Positions 16,259 to 25,548 of a stretch of DNA of 36,835 bases are shown here, in pieces. Each line of letters starts with the position of its first letter. The first letter of the stretch is position 1. Under the pieces are notes generated by a model, which was given only the letters and a program-made list of their open reading frames with translations, made no database searches and was not told the DNA's origin. Source of the stretch: Patescibacteria group bacterium (GTDB lineage: Bacteria; Patescibacteriota; 4484-211); the NCBI GenBank assembly GCA_018818265.1, contig JAHISN010000057.1, forward strand, positions 1 through 36,835, in the 5' to 3' direction. The position numbers were made by a program, and so were the translations under genes.

Positions 16259-17437
16259 ATGGAAAAGAAAATAGTCCAAACCTATACCGCAATCGCACTC
16301 CTGCAAAGGTCTGCCGCCGGCTGGTTCTTCGCCACCTACGTCATATTTCTGAGGAATCAAGGAATATCGCAGTGGCAAGTCCATCTTCTAAATGTTGGCT
16401 TCATGACCACAAATTTCCTGCTTGATCCCTTTACTAGTCGACTGGGCGACAAACTCGGACAGAAAAATATCTTTGTTTGGGGTCAAATATTCTGGGGGCT
16501 GGGCATGATCGTCTATGGCTTCGGCAAAACCTTTCCCGCATTCCTACTGGCTGAAATAATTTCGGGAATAGGGTCAGCCCTCATGTCCGATGCGCTGGAG
16601 TGTTGGCTAAGGAACACGACCAATAGAGATATTTCACATCAGGCGATTACCAGGACCACCGGGGTTGTTTCTATTGCGACTATTCCTGCGGCTGTAGGCG
16701 GCAGTATCATCGCCGAAATTTTCGGCCTGCACTTGCCCTGGATCTGCGGAGGAATTTGTTCATTCACCGCCGCGATCCTTGCATTTCTCCTTTTTCGATC
16801 ACTACCTGATGACGGCAAAAGACAAGCACCAACCCACACGCTACCGCCTATTCTGTCTATCTTTAACCAGGCGTGGTCTACGCCGCCACTGCGTTTCATT
16901 ATCGTTACTACAATGGTTTCCTCTGCCGCTTTCGCCCCGATCAATATGCTCTGGGCGCCGATACTCCAGGAGACAAGTGGAAGCGTTTGGTGGTTGGGAC
17001 TAGTCTGGGTAGGTGTGGCTTTGATGATGTCTTTTGGCAGTTTCCTGGCAAACAGAGGGATTCTTAAAGTCAGCCCGACAGGTATCGCCCTAACACTCCT
17101 GGGCATCGGAATCCCTTTCTGCATCGCCAGTATGCAGGATAATACGATTGTCATAACCCTATTGTTTCTAAGCCATGAAATAGGGCGCGGCGCTATTCGG
17201 CCCATTCTATTCACATCAGCCAACGACCACATCACCGACACGACCCGCTCATCGTTCAATGGTGTGACAAGTACTGCCAGATGGTTAGGATATGGTATCG
17301 GCTTGGCCATTTCGGGCCTGCTTACCTTGATGCTAACCCCTTTAACAATCTGGGGCCTAACCGGCATTACATTGGTCCTTCTTGCTACTTACTGCTGGAA
17401 CAAAAGTAAATGTGACTGGAGCAAATACCAAAGATAG
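16259..17437 (+). CDS. MFS transporter
   Basis: About 12 TM segments; motif A-like SRLGDKLGQKN; AAGGAG RBS. Confidence 0.9.
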   Translation: MEKKIVQTYTAIALLQRSAAGWFFATYVIFLRNQGISQWQVHLLNVGFMTTNFLLDPFTSRLGDKLGQKNIFVWGQIFWGLGMIVYGFGKTFPAFLLAEIISGIGSALMSDALECWLRNTTNRDISHQAITRTTGVVSIATIPAAVGGSIIAEIFGLHLPWICGGICSFTAAILAFLLFRSLPDDGKRQAPTHTLPPILSIFNQAWSTPPLRFIIVTTMVSSAAFAPINMLWAPILQETSGSVWWLGLVWVGVALMMSFGSFLANRGILKVSPTGIALTLLGIGIPFCIASMQDNTIVITLLFLSHEIGRGAIRPILFTSANDHITDTTRSSFNGVTSTARWLGYGIGLAISGLLTLMLTPLTIWGLTGITLVLLATYCWNKSKCDWSKYQR

Positions 17438-17446
17438 TAGCAAAAA

Positions 17447-17482
17447 GAGAGAGGGTGGATGACCCAGCATCCACTCTCTCTC
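17447..17482. terminator. Strong hairpin after the MFS gene
   Basis: GAGAGAGGGTGGATG-ACCCAG-CATCCACTCTCTCTC preceded by an A-run. Confidence 0.6.
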
Positions 17483-17626
17483 ACCTCATAAACATCCTGT
17501 TATAACAAGAATATCAATGTACTAACATCCCCACAATATCAAATATTTACCAAATCTAAATTCATGGTATTATCACGTTGCGACGTTAGGGAAAATGTAA
17601 ATAACCAAAAATGGAGGTACAAAGAA

Positions 17627-17800
17627 ATGGCAAGTTTGCAAGAAACGAGAGATTGGTGGAATTCCTATCACACACTACCGGGAGATAAACGTATACTTTG
17701 CACAATAGCCGGCGTAAGCCACGTTTATGCCTCGCATGTGTGGACTGATCTGCCACATGACGTAAAGGCAAAATTAGCGGCCGCAAAGTCGGCACTATAA
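17627..17800 (+). CDS. 57-aa hypothetical protein
   Basis: GGAGG RBS before ATG 17627; TGgTATTAT upstream; hairpin downstream. Confidence 0.65.
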   Translation: MASLQETRDWWNSYHTLPGDKRILCTIAGVSHVYASHVWTDLPHDVKAKLAAAKSAL

Positions 17801-17806
17801 AGAAAT

Positions 17807-17832
17807 AGGCCGGGGCATTAAACGCCCCGGCC
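17807..17832. terminator. Hairpin between convergent genes
   Basis: GGCCGGGGC-ATTAAAC-GCCCCGGCC. Confidence 0.65.
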
Positions 17833-19236
17833 CTACCCCAACCCCTTCGGGCACTTTCCTGATTCAATTTTTCCGGACGTTTTCGACTTAACATTCTCAT
17901 ACCACTCTTTTGTCTTAGCTTCCTGACCCTGCAGAGTAGGGGAGTAGTAACGGTGAGTTTTGACTTTGTCCGGTAAGTACTGCTCACCCTGTACATAGTG
18001 ATCTTCAAAATTATGCGCATATTTATAATCTTTTCCATAACCGAGATTTTTCATTAACTTAGTAAAGGCGTTGCGCAGATGTAAAGGGATGGGAAGGTTG
18101 CCATGTTGCTCAACATCAGCTCTGGCTTTGGTCAAACCAATAGTCGTCGAATTGGACTTGGCGCTAGTAGCTAGATAAACCACGCCGTGGGCTAAATTGA
18201 GCGCGCATTCGGGATAGCCTATCGTCTCGCAAGCCCTAAAGACCTGATTGGCTAACAATAAAGCATTTGAGTTGGCCATGCCGATATCTTCGGAGGCGAG
18301 AATGACCAGGCGTCGGGCGATAAATATGGGATCTTCACCAGCCTCAATCATCCGCGCCAGATAATATAGGGCGGCATCAGGGTCCGAACCCCTAATTGAC
18401 TTAATAAATGCAGAGATAGTGTTATAGTGCTCCTCTCCACCCTTATCATATTTCAAAGCCTGTTTTTGCAATATATCTTCGACCAATTTCAAACTAATGT
18501 TGCTTGACGGCTCCACATCGGCCGCCGCCTCCAATGTGTTTAATACGATGCGGGCATCGCCATTAGCAAAATTGCAAAGAAAATCAATCGCTTTAGAAGC
18601 AAATTTTAGTTTTGTATTTCCCAAGCCGCGCTTTTTATCCCGCAGAACTTTACGGGCAATCTTTTTAAGCTCTTCGGAAGTAAGACGCTCAAGCGTATAA
18701 ACCTGACTGCGAGAGAGTAGGGGACCGATAACTTCAAACGAAGGATTTTCCGTAGTCGCACCGATTAACACAATCTCCCCCTTCTCTACATGAGGCAAAA
18801 AGGCATCCTGCTGAGCTTTGTTAAAACGATGTATTTCATCAATAAACAGAACAGTTTTCTGGCCATTTATCTGACGACGCTTTTTTGCCGCTATCACCAC
18901 TCGCCGAACATCTGCCAGTTTACCGGAAACAGCCGACAACTCTTCAAAGTGCGCTCCGGTTTCCCTTGCTAGTATTCTCGCCAATGTTGTTTTGCCACAC
19001 CCAGGCGGTCCCCAAAGAATAATTGAATATAACTTATTTTTGGTCGCCGCCAAACGCAAGGGCATCCCCTTGCCCACCAAATGCTCCTGCCCCACAAATT
19101 CAGCAAAACATTGCGGCCGCATCCTATCCGCCAGAGGGCGAGATAAATCCGCCAAGGGACGGCCAGGTTCCGTCTGAGTACGGTCAGCTCCCGCAAACTT
19201 AGACTTTTGTGAAAAGAGGTCTTGATTTAAATCCAC
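17833..19236 (-). CDS. rarA: Replication-associated recombination protein A (RarA/MgsA)
   Basis: PLADRMRP; GPPGCGKTT; FIDEIHRFNKAQQD; GATTENP; ISAFIKSIRGSDPDAA; ASEDIG. Confidence 0.96.
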   Translation of the reverse strand: MDLNQDLFSQKSKFAGADRTQTEPGRPLADLSRPLADRMRPQCFAEFVGQEHLVGKGMPLRLAATKNKLYSIILWGPPGCGKTTLARILARETGAHFEELSAVSGKLADVRRVVIAAKKRRQINGQKTVLFIDEIHRFNKAQQDAFLPHVEKGEIVLIGATTENPSFEVIGPLLSRSQVYTLERLTSEELKKIARKVLRDKKRGLGNTKLKFASKAIDFLCNFANGDARIVLNTLEAAADVEPSSNISLKLVEDILQKQALKYDKGGEEHYNTISAFIKSIRGSDPDAALYYLARMIEAGEDPIFIARRLVILASEDIGMANSNALLLANQVFRACETIGYPECALNLAHGVVYLATSAKSNSTTIGLTKARADVEQHGNLPIPLHLRNAFTKLMKNLGYGKDYKYAHNFEDHYVQGEQYLPDKVKTHRYYSPTLQGQEAKTKEWYENVKSKTSGKIESGKCPKGLG

Positions 19237-19422
19237 AGCTTTAAATTATTTTACAACCACAAAAGCAAAAACACAAACCAAGCAATCAAATCTTGCACGA
19301 ACCTGCATAATGAACACACCACCCTTCTTGGGTTATAAGTGAGGTGAACATTCTTATTTATTCTTCGCACCATGTGCACATAGCGCCTTATATTTCAATG
19401 TGATATATTTAATATTGAGAAA

Positions 19423-22400
19423 ATGAAAGATAAAAACCTGCCCGAAATAAATTATACTTCAGCCACCGTTCTCATTGCTGGAGCGGCTAACTTTGTCGGT
19501 TATCATCTAGCAGAATCTTTACTCATCTCCGATATTGCTGTTATTGGCATTGATAGTCTTATCACCGGATCAGAAGACATCATCACCAAGCTTTACAAAT
19601 ATCCACGCTTCAGCTTTTTTAAAGCCAATATCAACCAGCCCTTACCGGCCGCTCTTTATAAAGAGGATATTTCCCACATCGTTCATTTAGCTAATATCGA
19701 AGCGTGTGCCGAGCGTGGGATTTTACAACTCAACGAACTTCTAACCAATTCATTCGGTGTTAAAAATCTGCTTGACTTAAGCTTGGACAAAAAATCTGCC
19801 TTTATCTTTGCTTCAACAATTAATATTTACCAAGGGTTGGCCTCAACCACCAGTCTAACCCATTATTTTAACGGCGGAGATCTGGAGGACCGCCTCACCT
19901 ACGCCGAAGCCAAACGCTATGCCGAAAATCTCTGCCATGAATATGCCCAACTCTACAACACCGACATTCGCATTGCCCGTTTGTCGGAAATTTATGGCCC
20001 CCACATGAGCCTGAATCGGGGTACACCCTTTGCTCAACTTCTAGCCCAATTTTTAGCAGGGCAAAACTTGACTGTTTATGGCGATGGTTCTGATCATCTC
20101 TATCTAACTTATATTAGCGATACTATTTATGGTTTGGTAAAACTAATCTTCGCCCCTCCAGAAGTTGTCAGCCAAGGCATTTTCTACTTTGTTCAGCCAC
20201 AACAAGTAACTTTACTAGAAACCGCCCATGCTTTAGCTCATATTGACACACCACCACGCCAAATTGATCACGAATCCGCCCCTAAAATCAGCGCCGCCCT
20301 TAAGCCGCCGCAAATCGACCTTTCGCGCAGTAAGAAGGACCTTTACTGGGAAGCCAAAATCACTCTAGAAGATGGTTTCAAGCGCACCTGCGACTATTTC
20401 AACGCTCTCCCATCAATAGTCCCACCCGCCGAGCCTCAGGAAAAACCATCTGGAGAGGAAACGCCTGTCTCCCCTTCCACAGGGAGCCCTACACAAAAAG
20501 AAAGGAATTTTTCACAATACCGAGCAACTTTGCAGAAAACTACCGAAAGACTGGTCCAACCAGAATTGGAAACAACCCCACCCCAGCCCTCACTGCCTCA
20601 ACCATCTCTGGGAACTCGGCTAAAGGAGGTTCTTAAAACTCCTAGGCCACCCCACAAAACCGATCCTACAACAGAAACACACGGATGGCTAGATTTAAAA
20701 AAACAAGAGCAAGGTAAAGCCACTACAGCCCCTCATGATTCTAGGCAGAACTCAGCGACGCTTAGCCCCGCGCAAAAAACAGTTCCTGCTACTTCAACAC
20801 AAAAACACACACCCGAAGAGGCAGCTGAAATGGGCTATCTCGAAAGCCTTAAGCGTCCTTCATTATGGCAACGCTGGCGAAAAAGCATCTTTGTTTTTCT
20901 TACGATCGTGTGTTTCTTTCTGGCGCCCATAGCCCGGCCTCTTTACTTATCGTTCAATAGCTGGCAAACTGCTAAATCTGCCTGGGCGGCTCTCAAAATC
21001 GGTGATACACAAACAGCATCAGTCGAACTTTTAAAATTACAAGAATCCACCGCCGCACTCAAAACAAATTTAGATTCCTTACGGTGGCTAACATACTTTT
21101 TGGGTCAGAAAGAGCGCTATCAAGTCACACAGCAACTACTTTCGGCCAGCTCTTTTGCCATTGAAGGAGTATATCTATCTGTAGAAGCCCTTCAATCGGC
21201 CGAGGAACTACTTAGCACTGTGCAATCCGCATCTCCACCACTAGGAGGCGAAGAAGACAAAGAGATTAAGGAAACCGTCGAAATACTTATCAATAACATT
21301 ATTCTTAATTTTGATTCTGCCACTCAAAGATTTACTCTTGCCGAAACGGAGATAGACGGAACGGATCTGTCGATTTTTCCGGAATCACTAAAGCATATGG
21401 CAGAAGAAGGGAAATCTTTCTTAACCAATCTTAACCAAAATCTACCCAATGCCCAAGTTCTGTTAAAACAAACCCCCATTCTTCTTGGCCTAGATGAGCC
21501 GCATACCTTCTTAATTTTACTTCAGAATAATAGCGAACTCCGCGCCACCGGAGGTTTTATTGGCAGTTACGCCGTCGCAGACATGGTCCGGGGAAAACTA
21601 ACCCGCTTAAAAGTTGACGACATTTACAATCCTGACGGTCTGTTGGAAAACACAGAACCCGCGCCACAGCCTTTACAAGATAACTTGGGTGTTGATGAAT
21701 TAGGTATTCGCGATGCTAACTGGTGGCCGGATTTTGCGACCAGTGCCTCAAAGATCATTTCACTCTACGAGCAAGCTACTAAGGAAAAAGTGAAAAGTGT
21801 CATCGGTATTAATCTTTCAACTTTACAGAACCTATTAGCACAAATGGGACCGGTCTCCATACCTGACTATCAAGAAAGAATCTCTGCCGACAACCTGTTT
21901 GAAAGGGCTGAATTTCATAGCGAAGTTGGGTTTACACCCGGTTCGGACCAGAAAAAACGATTCTTAACCGCTTTAACACAAGAAATTTTAGCCAATTTAC
22001 TTAGCGCATCAACCGATACTAATTTAGGACTTAATAAATCAGCCTGGCAAGCAGTTGTCACAACTTTCGGAGAAGGTCTGAGCGGAAACGACATCTATTT
22101 ATTCTCTTCCTCAAGCGAGCTTGCCGACGCCTATAGTCAATTAGGATGGAATGGGAACCTAAAGCCTTTGCCTGTAGAAAAAGACTTTATCGCGGTCGTT
22201 GACTCAAATATCGGCGGCAACAAAGCTAACTTTTGGGTCAACAGAAAAACAAACTATCGTCTGGATATTGACAGAGAGGGGAATTTAAGTGGGGTTTTAA
22301 CTGTTAAATGGACTCACACCGGCACATCCGGCACTTGGCCCGGTGGCGACTACAAAAACTTTGTGCGTATTTATGTTCCCAAATATGCCAAACTACAAGA

Positions 22401-22749
22401 GGCCGAGGGATTTGTTTCCCAGCTTGAACCTTACACCGAATTTGAATACAAAGTCTTTTCTGGGATTGTTGAGGTTCCCGTCAATTCATCTCATCAAATA
22501 ACTTTAAAATACAACCTGCCGCCGGAAGTCGGCTTTAAAGATAAGAACACCTATGAGTTAACCGTGCGCCGACAAGCGGGTTTAGTAGGAGAAAGCTTTG
22601 TCTTAACCGCAGATCTACCAGCATTTCTACCAGCCCAAACACTTTCATCAGGAGAAATTGACAATAACTTAAATAAAATTTTGTGGGAAACTATACTAAA
22701 CACGAACAAGAGCACCGCTTTACTTGTAGCCGATCAAAAAGTAAAGTAG
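19423..22749 (+). CDS. Fusion: NAD-dependent epimerase/dehydratase-like domain, low-complexity linker, TM, DUF4012 domain
   Basis: IAGAANFVGYHL and YAEAKRYAE; Pro/Thr/Gln linker; TM; LLQNNSELRATGGFIGS, IRDANWWPDF, DSNIGGNKAN. Confidence 0.85.
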   Translation: MKDKNLPEINYTSATVLIAGAANFVGYHLAESLLISDIAVIGIDSLITGSEDIITKLYKYPRFSFFKANINQPLPAALYKEDISHIVHLANIEACAERGILQLNELLTNSFGVKNLLDLSLDKKSAFIFASTINIYQGLASTTSLTHYFNGGDLEDRLTYAEAKRYAENLCHEYAQLYNTDIRIARLSEIYGPHMSLNRGTPFAQLLAQFLAGQNLTVYGDGSDHLYLTYISDTIYGLVKLIFAPPEVVSQGIFYFVQPQQVTLLETAHALAHIDTPPRQIDHESAPKISAALKPPQIDLSRSKKDLYWEAKITLEDGFKRTCDYFNALPSIVPPAEPQEKPSGEETPVSPSTGSPTQKERNFSQYRATLQKTTERLVQPELETTPPQPSLPQPSLGTRLKEVLKTPRPPHKTDPTTETHGWLDLKKQEQGKATTAPHDSRQNSATLSPAQKTVPATSTQKHTPEEAAEMGYLESLKRPSLWQRWRKSIFVFLTIVCFFLAPIARPLYLSFNSWQTAKSAWAALKIGDTQTASVELLKLQESTAALKTNLDSLRWLTYFLGQKERYQVTQQLLSASSFAIEGVYLSVEALQSAEELLSTVQSASPPLGGEEDKEIKETVEILINNIILNFDSATQRFTLAETEIDGTDLSIFPESLKHMAEEGKSFLTNLNQNLPNAQVLLKQTPILLGLDEPHTFLILLQNNSELRATGGFIGSYAVADMVRGKLTRLKVDDIYNPDGLLENTEPAPQPLQDNLGVDELGIRDANWWPDFATSASKIISLYEQATKEKVKSVIGINLSTLQNLLAQMGPVSIPDYQERISADNLFERAEFHSEVGFTPGSDQKKRFLTALTQEILANLLSASTDTNLGLNKSAWQAVVTTFGEGLSGNDIYLFSSSSELADAYSQLGWNGNLKPLPVEKDFIAVVDSNIGGNKANFWVNRKTNYRLDIDREGNLSGVLTVKWTHTGTSGTWPGGDYKNFVRIYVPKYAKLQEAEGFVSQLEPYTEFEYKVFSGIVEVPVNSSHQITLKYNLPPEVGFKDKNTYELTVRRQAGLVGESFVLTADLPAFLPAQTLSSGEIDNNLNKILWETILNTNKSTALLVADQKVK

Positions 22750-23132
22750 TAATCCAATCCTGGAATAATTTGAACCAAAATTCTCATAATAAGGTGTATA
22801 GATGCAGAAAGAGCAATACCGGCAAGAGCATAAATTATCGTTGACCGCGCCAATTCCGCCTGTTTCACATCATCACCCGCAGTAGTGTATTTGAATCCGC
22901 CGATAATAAGAAAAATTATTCCCGCCAGAACGGCAAAATATGGCATCCAACTAATAATTCTTACGACTAATTTAACCGCCTCGTCGAGCGCCGTAGCAGG
23001 ATCACACAGAGGGTTTCCTTCACACAACTGGGCGCTCACCGCGCTAGGAGAAAAGAGAAAAATAAACACCGTAAGCGAAAAAACAAATATTCTGAAGATA
23101 GACTTGGAAAGTAAACTAGGCTTTAAAAACAT
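22734..23132 (-). CDS. CPR-type pilin-like membrane protein (TrbC/VirB2-like)
   Basis: Signal peptide ending AVSAQ; IIFLIIGGFKYTTAGDD...AELARSTIIYALAGI. Confidence 0.8.
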   Translation of the reverse strand: MFLKPSLLSKSIFRIFVFSLTVFIFLFSPSAVSAQLCEGNPLCDPATALDEAVKLVVRIISWMPYFAVLAGIIFLIIGGFKYTTAGDDVKQAELARSTIIYALAGIALSASIHLIMRILVQIIPGLDYYFTF

Positions 23133-23137
23133 AAACT

Positions 23138-23809
23138 TCACTCCTCCCACACTTTCTGCGGGGCGGTAGGGGCAAATAGCTTAACTAATCCAGAAAGAGC
23201 TAGGGCAACAAGAGCAGAAAAACCCATGGCTATAAGGGTAGTAAAATCTAAAATATGAGCCCCCCGACCGGCGTTTTGGACGATACCGGCAAAAGGCTTT
23301 ACAAATACATCCGAAACTTCAAAAATCCAAAGGACTATTTCGCTGGAAGTAGCGGCCGTGAGCAATTTAAAGAGAAGTCTTAAAGCAAGAAACCCTTCCA
23401 GCAAACCCAAACAGTAAAGGATTATCTGATGGGACTTTTTAATAAACTTTTGTCTCTTGAACTCAGAAATTTTAACAGTACCAGGCACCGATTCGAAACC
23501 AGACTGGGGGAATGGCTGTGGAACAACTTGTGATGAAAGGATAGGAACTTGCGGTTGTGTCGAGGCTACCGGTTGGTTAAGCGGATACTGCAGGGGGGGC
23601 GCCTCAAAGGATGATTGTGACTGAAACGGAACTTCTGGCGACACTGCCGATTGCGCTGGCTCTTGAATTCGAGACAACTCCGAGTCGGGCGCATTTCCAG
23701 CGACGCTGCCAACTTGCGGCGGAGTCACCATGCCACTACCTGTTATGCTAGGCGTTGCGGAAAAACCGGGCATGTTTGAATTATCAGTCCCTTCATTTTT
23801 ATCGTCCAT
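23138..23809 (-). CDS. YggT-like membrane protein with long disordered N-terminus
   Basis: LEGFLALRLLFKLL; FEVSDVFVKPFAGIV; DFTTLIAM; promoter TTGACA-18-TACTAT at 23821-23850. Confidence 0.75.
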   Translation of the reverse strand: MDDKNEGTDNSNMPGFSATPSITGSGMVTPPQVGSVAGNAPDSELSRIQEPAQSAVSPEVPFQSQSSFEAPPLQYPLNQPVASTQPQVPILSSQVVPQPFPQSGFESVPGTVKISEFKRQKFIKKSHQIILYCLGLLEGFLALRLLFKLLTAATSSEIVLWIFEVSDVFVKPFAGIVQNAGRGAHILDFTTLIAMGFSALVALALSGLVKLFAPTAPQKVWEE

Positions 23810-23866
23810 TTATACTTTTGATAGTACAATATGCCCAACAGTACTGTCAACAGCCTGAACTGATAG

Positions 23867-23920
23867 AGGGTTTAACCCTGTCACTATAATAAAATAAAAA
23901 AGTTGACAGGGTTAAACCCT
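23867..23920. repeat. REP-doublet-like inverted repeat
   Basis: Perfect 17-bp inverted repeat AGGGTTTAACCCTGTCA / TGACAGGGTTAAACCCT; each arm is itself near-palindromic. Confidence 0.85.
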
Positions 23921-23980
23921 ATTTCAAGCACAAGAAACTCCCTCTTGTTTAGACTCGTCTCAATATGTTAGCATTTTTCC

Positions 23981-24247
23981 ATGCTAAAACTCCTGGACTT
24001 CTCCGCCACTTGGTGTCCGCCCTGCCAGCTAATGATTCCTGTTGTTGAAACAATAAAAGAGGAATTTAAAGGCAAGCTGGAGGTGGAAGAAATAAATATC
24101 GAGGAAAATCAGGCCAAGGCGCAAGAATTTTCCGTTATGAGTATCCCCACTTTTGTGATTCTGAAAGAAGGGAAAGAAGTTGATAGAAAAATGGGAGCAA
24201 TTGGGGAAAGTGCATTTAGAGAGTGGATCGCTAAATTTTTGAACTAG
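23981..24247 (+). CDS. trxA: Thioredoxin
   Basis: DFSATWCPPCQ; VMSIPTFV cis-Pro loop. Confidence 0.9.
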   Translation: MLKLLDFSATWCPPCQLMIPVVETIKEEFKGKLEVEEINIEENQAKAQEFSVMSIPTFVILKEGKEVDRKMGAIGESAFREWIAKFLN

Positions 24248-24253
24248 ACACTC

Positions 24254-25330
24254 ATGAAAATCGCAATCAACGGTTTTGGTCGTATTGGCCGGACCACCCT
24301 CAAAACCATAATCTCACCCCACGACTGGGGGCGTATTCGTTTAAACAAGAAGTTCAAACGTGACGCAATTGAAGTTGTCGCCATTAACAACTTAGGCGGT
24401 CTTGACGAAACCTCTGCTTATTTGTTCAAACACGACTCAGTTTACGGGACTTATCCGGATCAAGTCCAACTAGTCAAAAACGGCACTCACCTTCGTGTAG
24501 GGAGCAGAGAAATTCCTTTCTATGCTGAGGCTGACCCGTCCAATTTACCATGGGGCGAGCTTGACATAGACATTGTTCTGGAATGTACCGGCGCTTTTAC
24601 CGAGTTTAGTAAAGCAGAAGCCCACATTAAAGCTGGGGCAAAAAGAGTAATCATATCCGCCAATGGCAAGGGTGCTGGAACCAGCATTGTTATCGGTACC
24701 GATTCCTATAAAGATTGGAAAGAACAAAAAGAAAAGCCCCAGGTAATAGCTAACTGTTCCTGCACCACTAACTGCGCTGGCCCGCTAATGCAGTTACTGC
24801 ACAGCCATTATCAAATATTAAAGGCCCAACTAATCACTGTACACGCAATCACCTCTACCCAAAGTTTGCTAGATAACAAAATGAAAGACCTAAGAGGCTC
24901 TCGTTCTGCATTTGCTTCTATTATCCCCCAATCCACAGGAGCGGCCAAAGCAGTGGAACGCATCATTCCGGACCTAAAAGGTAAAGTGAGTGGGTCTGCT
25001 TTTAGAGTGCCCGTAATTAACGGCTCAGTTTTAGAAGTAGTCGCACAAGTGTCCAAAGAAACGACTGCCGAGGAAATTAATAATATGCTTATTAACGAAT
25101 CCGAAAATGAATATTTAGGAATAATAGAGTGCTATCCGGACGGCCTTGTATCAAGTGACATCATTGGACTACCAATCTCAACCATTATTGATCTTCCTTT
25201 AACCGAAGTTCTGGACCTCCCGAATGTTAAAGATGAAAACTTAGTTAAAGTCGTTGCGTGGTACGACAATGAATACGCCTACACCTGCAGATTAGTCGAA
25301 CTCGCGCAAAAAGTAGGAGAAACTTTTTAA
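24254..25330 (+). CDS. gap: Type I glyceraldehyde-3-phosphate dehydrogenase
   Basis: INGFGRIGR; SCTTNC; STGAAKAV; RVPV; WYDNE. Confidence 0.95.
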   Translation: MKIAINGFGRIGRTTLKTIISPHDWGRIRLNKKFKRDAIEVVAINNLGGLDETSAYLFKHDSVYGTYPDQVQLVKNGTHLRVGSREIPFYAEADPSNLPWGELDIDIVLECTGAFTEFSKAEAHIKAGAKRVIISANGKGAGTSIVIGTDSYKDWKEQKEKPQVIANCSCTTNCAGPLMQLLHSHYQILKAQLITVHAITSTQSLLDNKMKDLRGSRSAFASIIPQSTGAAKAVERIIPDLKGKVSGSAFRVPVINGSVLEVVAQVSKETTAEEINNMLINESENEYLGIIECYPDGLVSSDIIGLPISTIIDLPLTEVLDLPNVKDENLVKVVAWYDNEYAYTCRLVELAQKVGETF

Positions 25331-25363
25331 AAAGATAGCCGCCGAATCAACCCCAATTCACTC

Positions 25364-25467
25364 TTAGTATGATACACTAGTGTATCATACTAAAACTATC
25401 CCTAGTAAAAACACATCCCCCCCCACAAAAAGTCAGCTAGTTGGTATGATAAACTAGTCTATCATAC
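25364..25467. repeat. Pair of long palindromes GTATGATAnACTAGTnTATCATAC
   Basis: Perfect 30-bp palindrome at 25364-25393; 24-bp copy with one mismatched pair at 25444-25467. Confidence 0.9.
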
Positions 25468-25548
25468 TAGATAAGCACATGGTACGTTCTCAAGTTCCAA
25501 CTCCGATTGCAACACCTCCCAGAGAAGCTAATGTGCTAAAATCGGATT

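Noticed and set aside
16639-17367. 242-aa antisense ORF
   Set aside because: Shadow of the MFS gene with no recognisable motifs.
19126-19162. Duplicated RPLAD at the RarA N-terminus as a mobile insert
   Set aside because: Only a short degenerate 21-bp duplication; too weak to assign.
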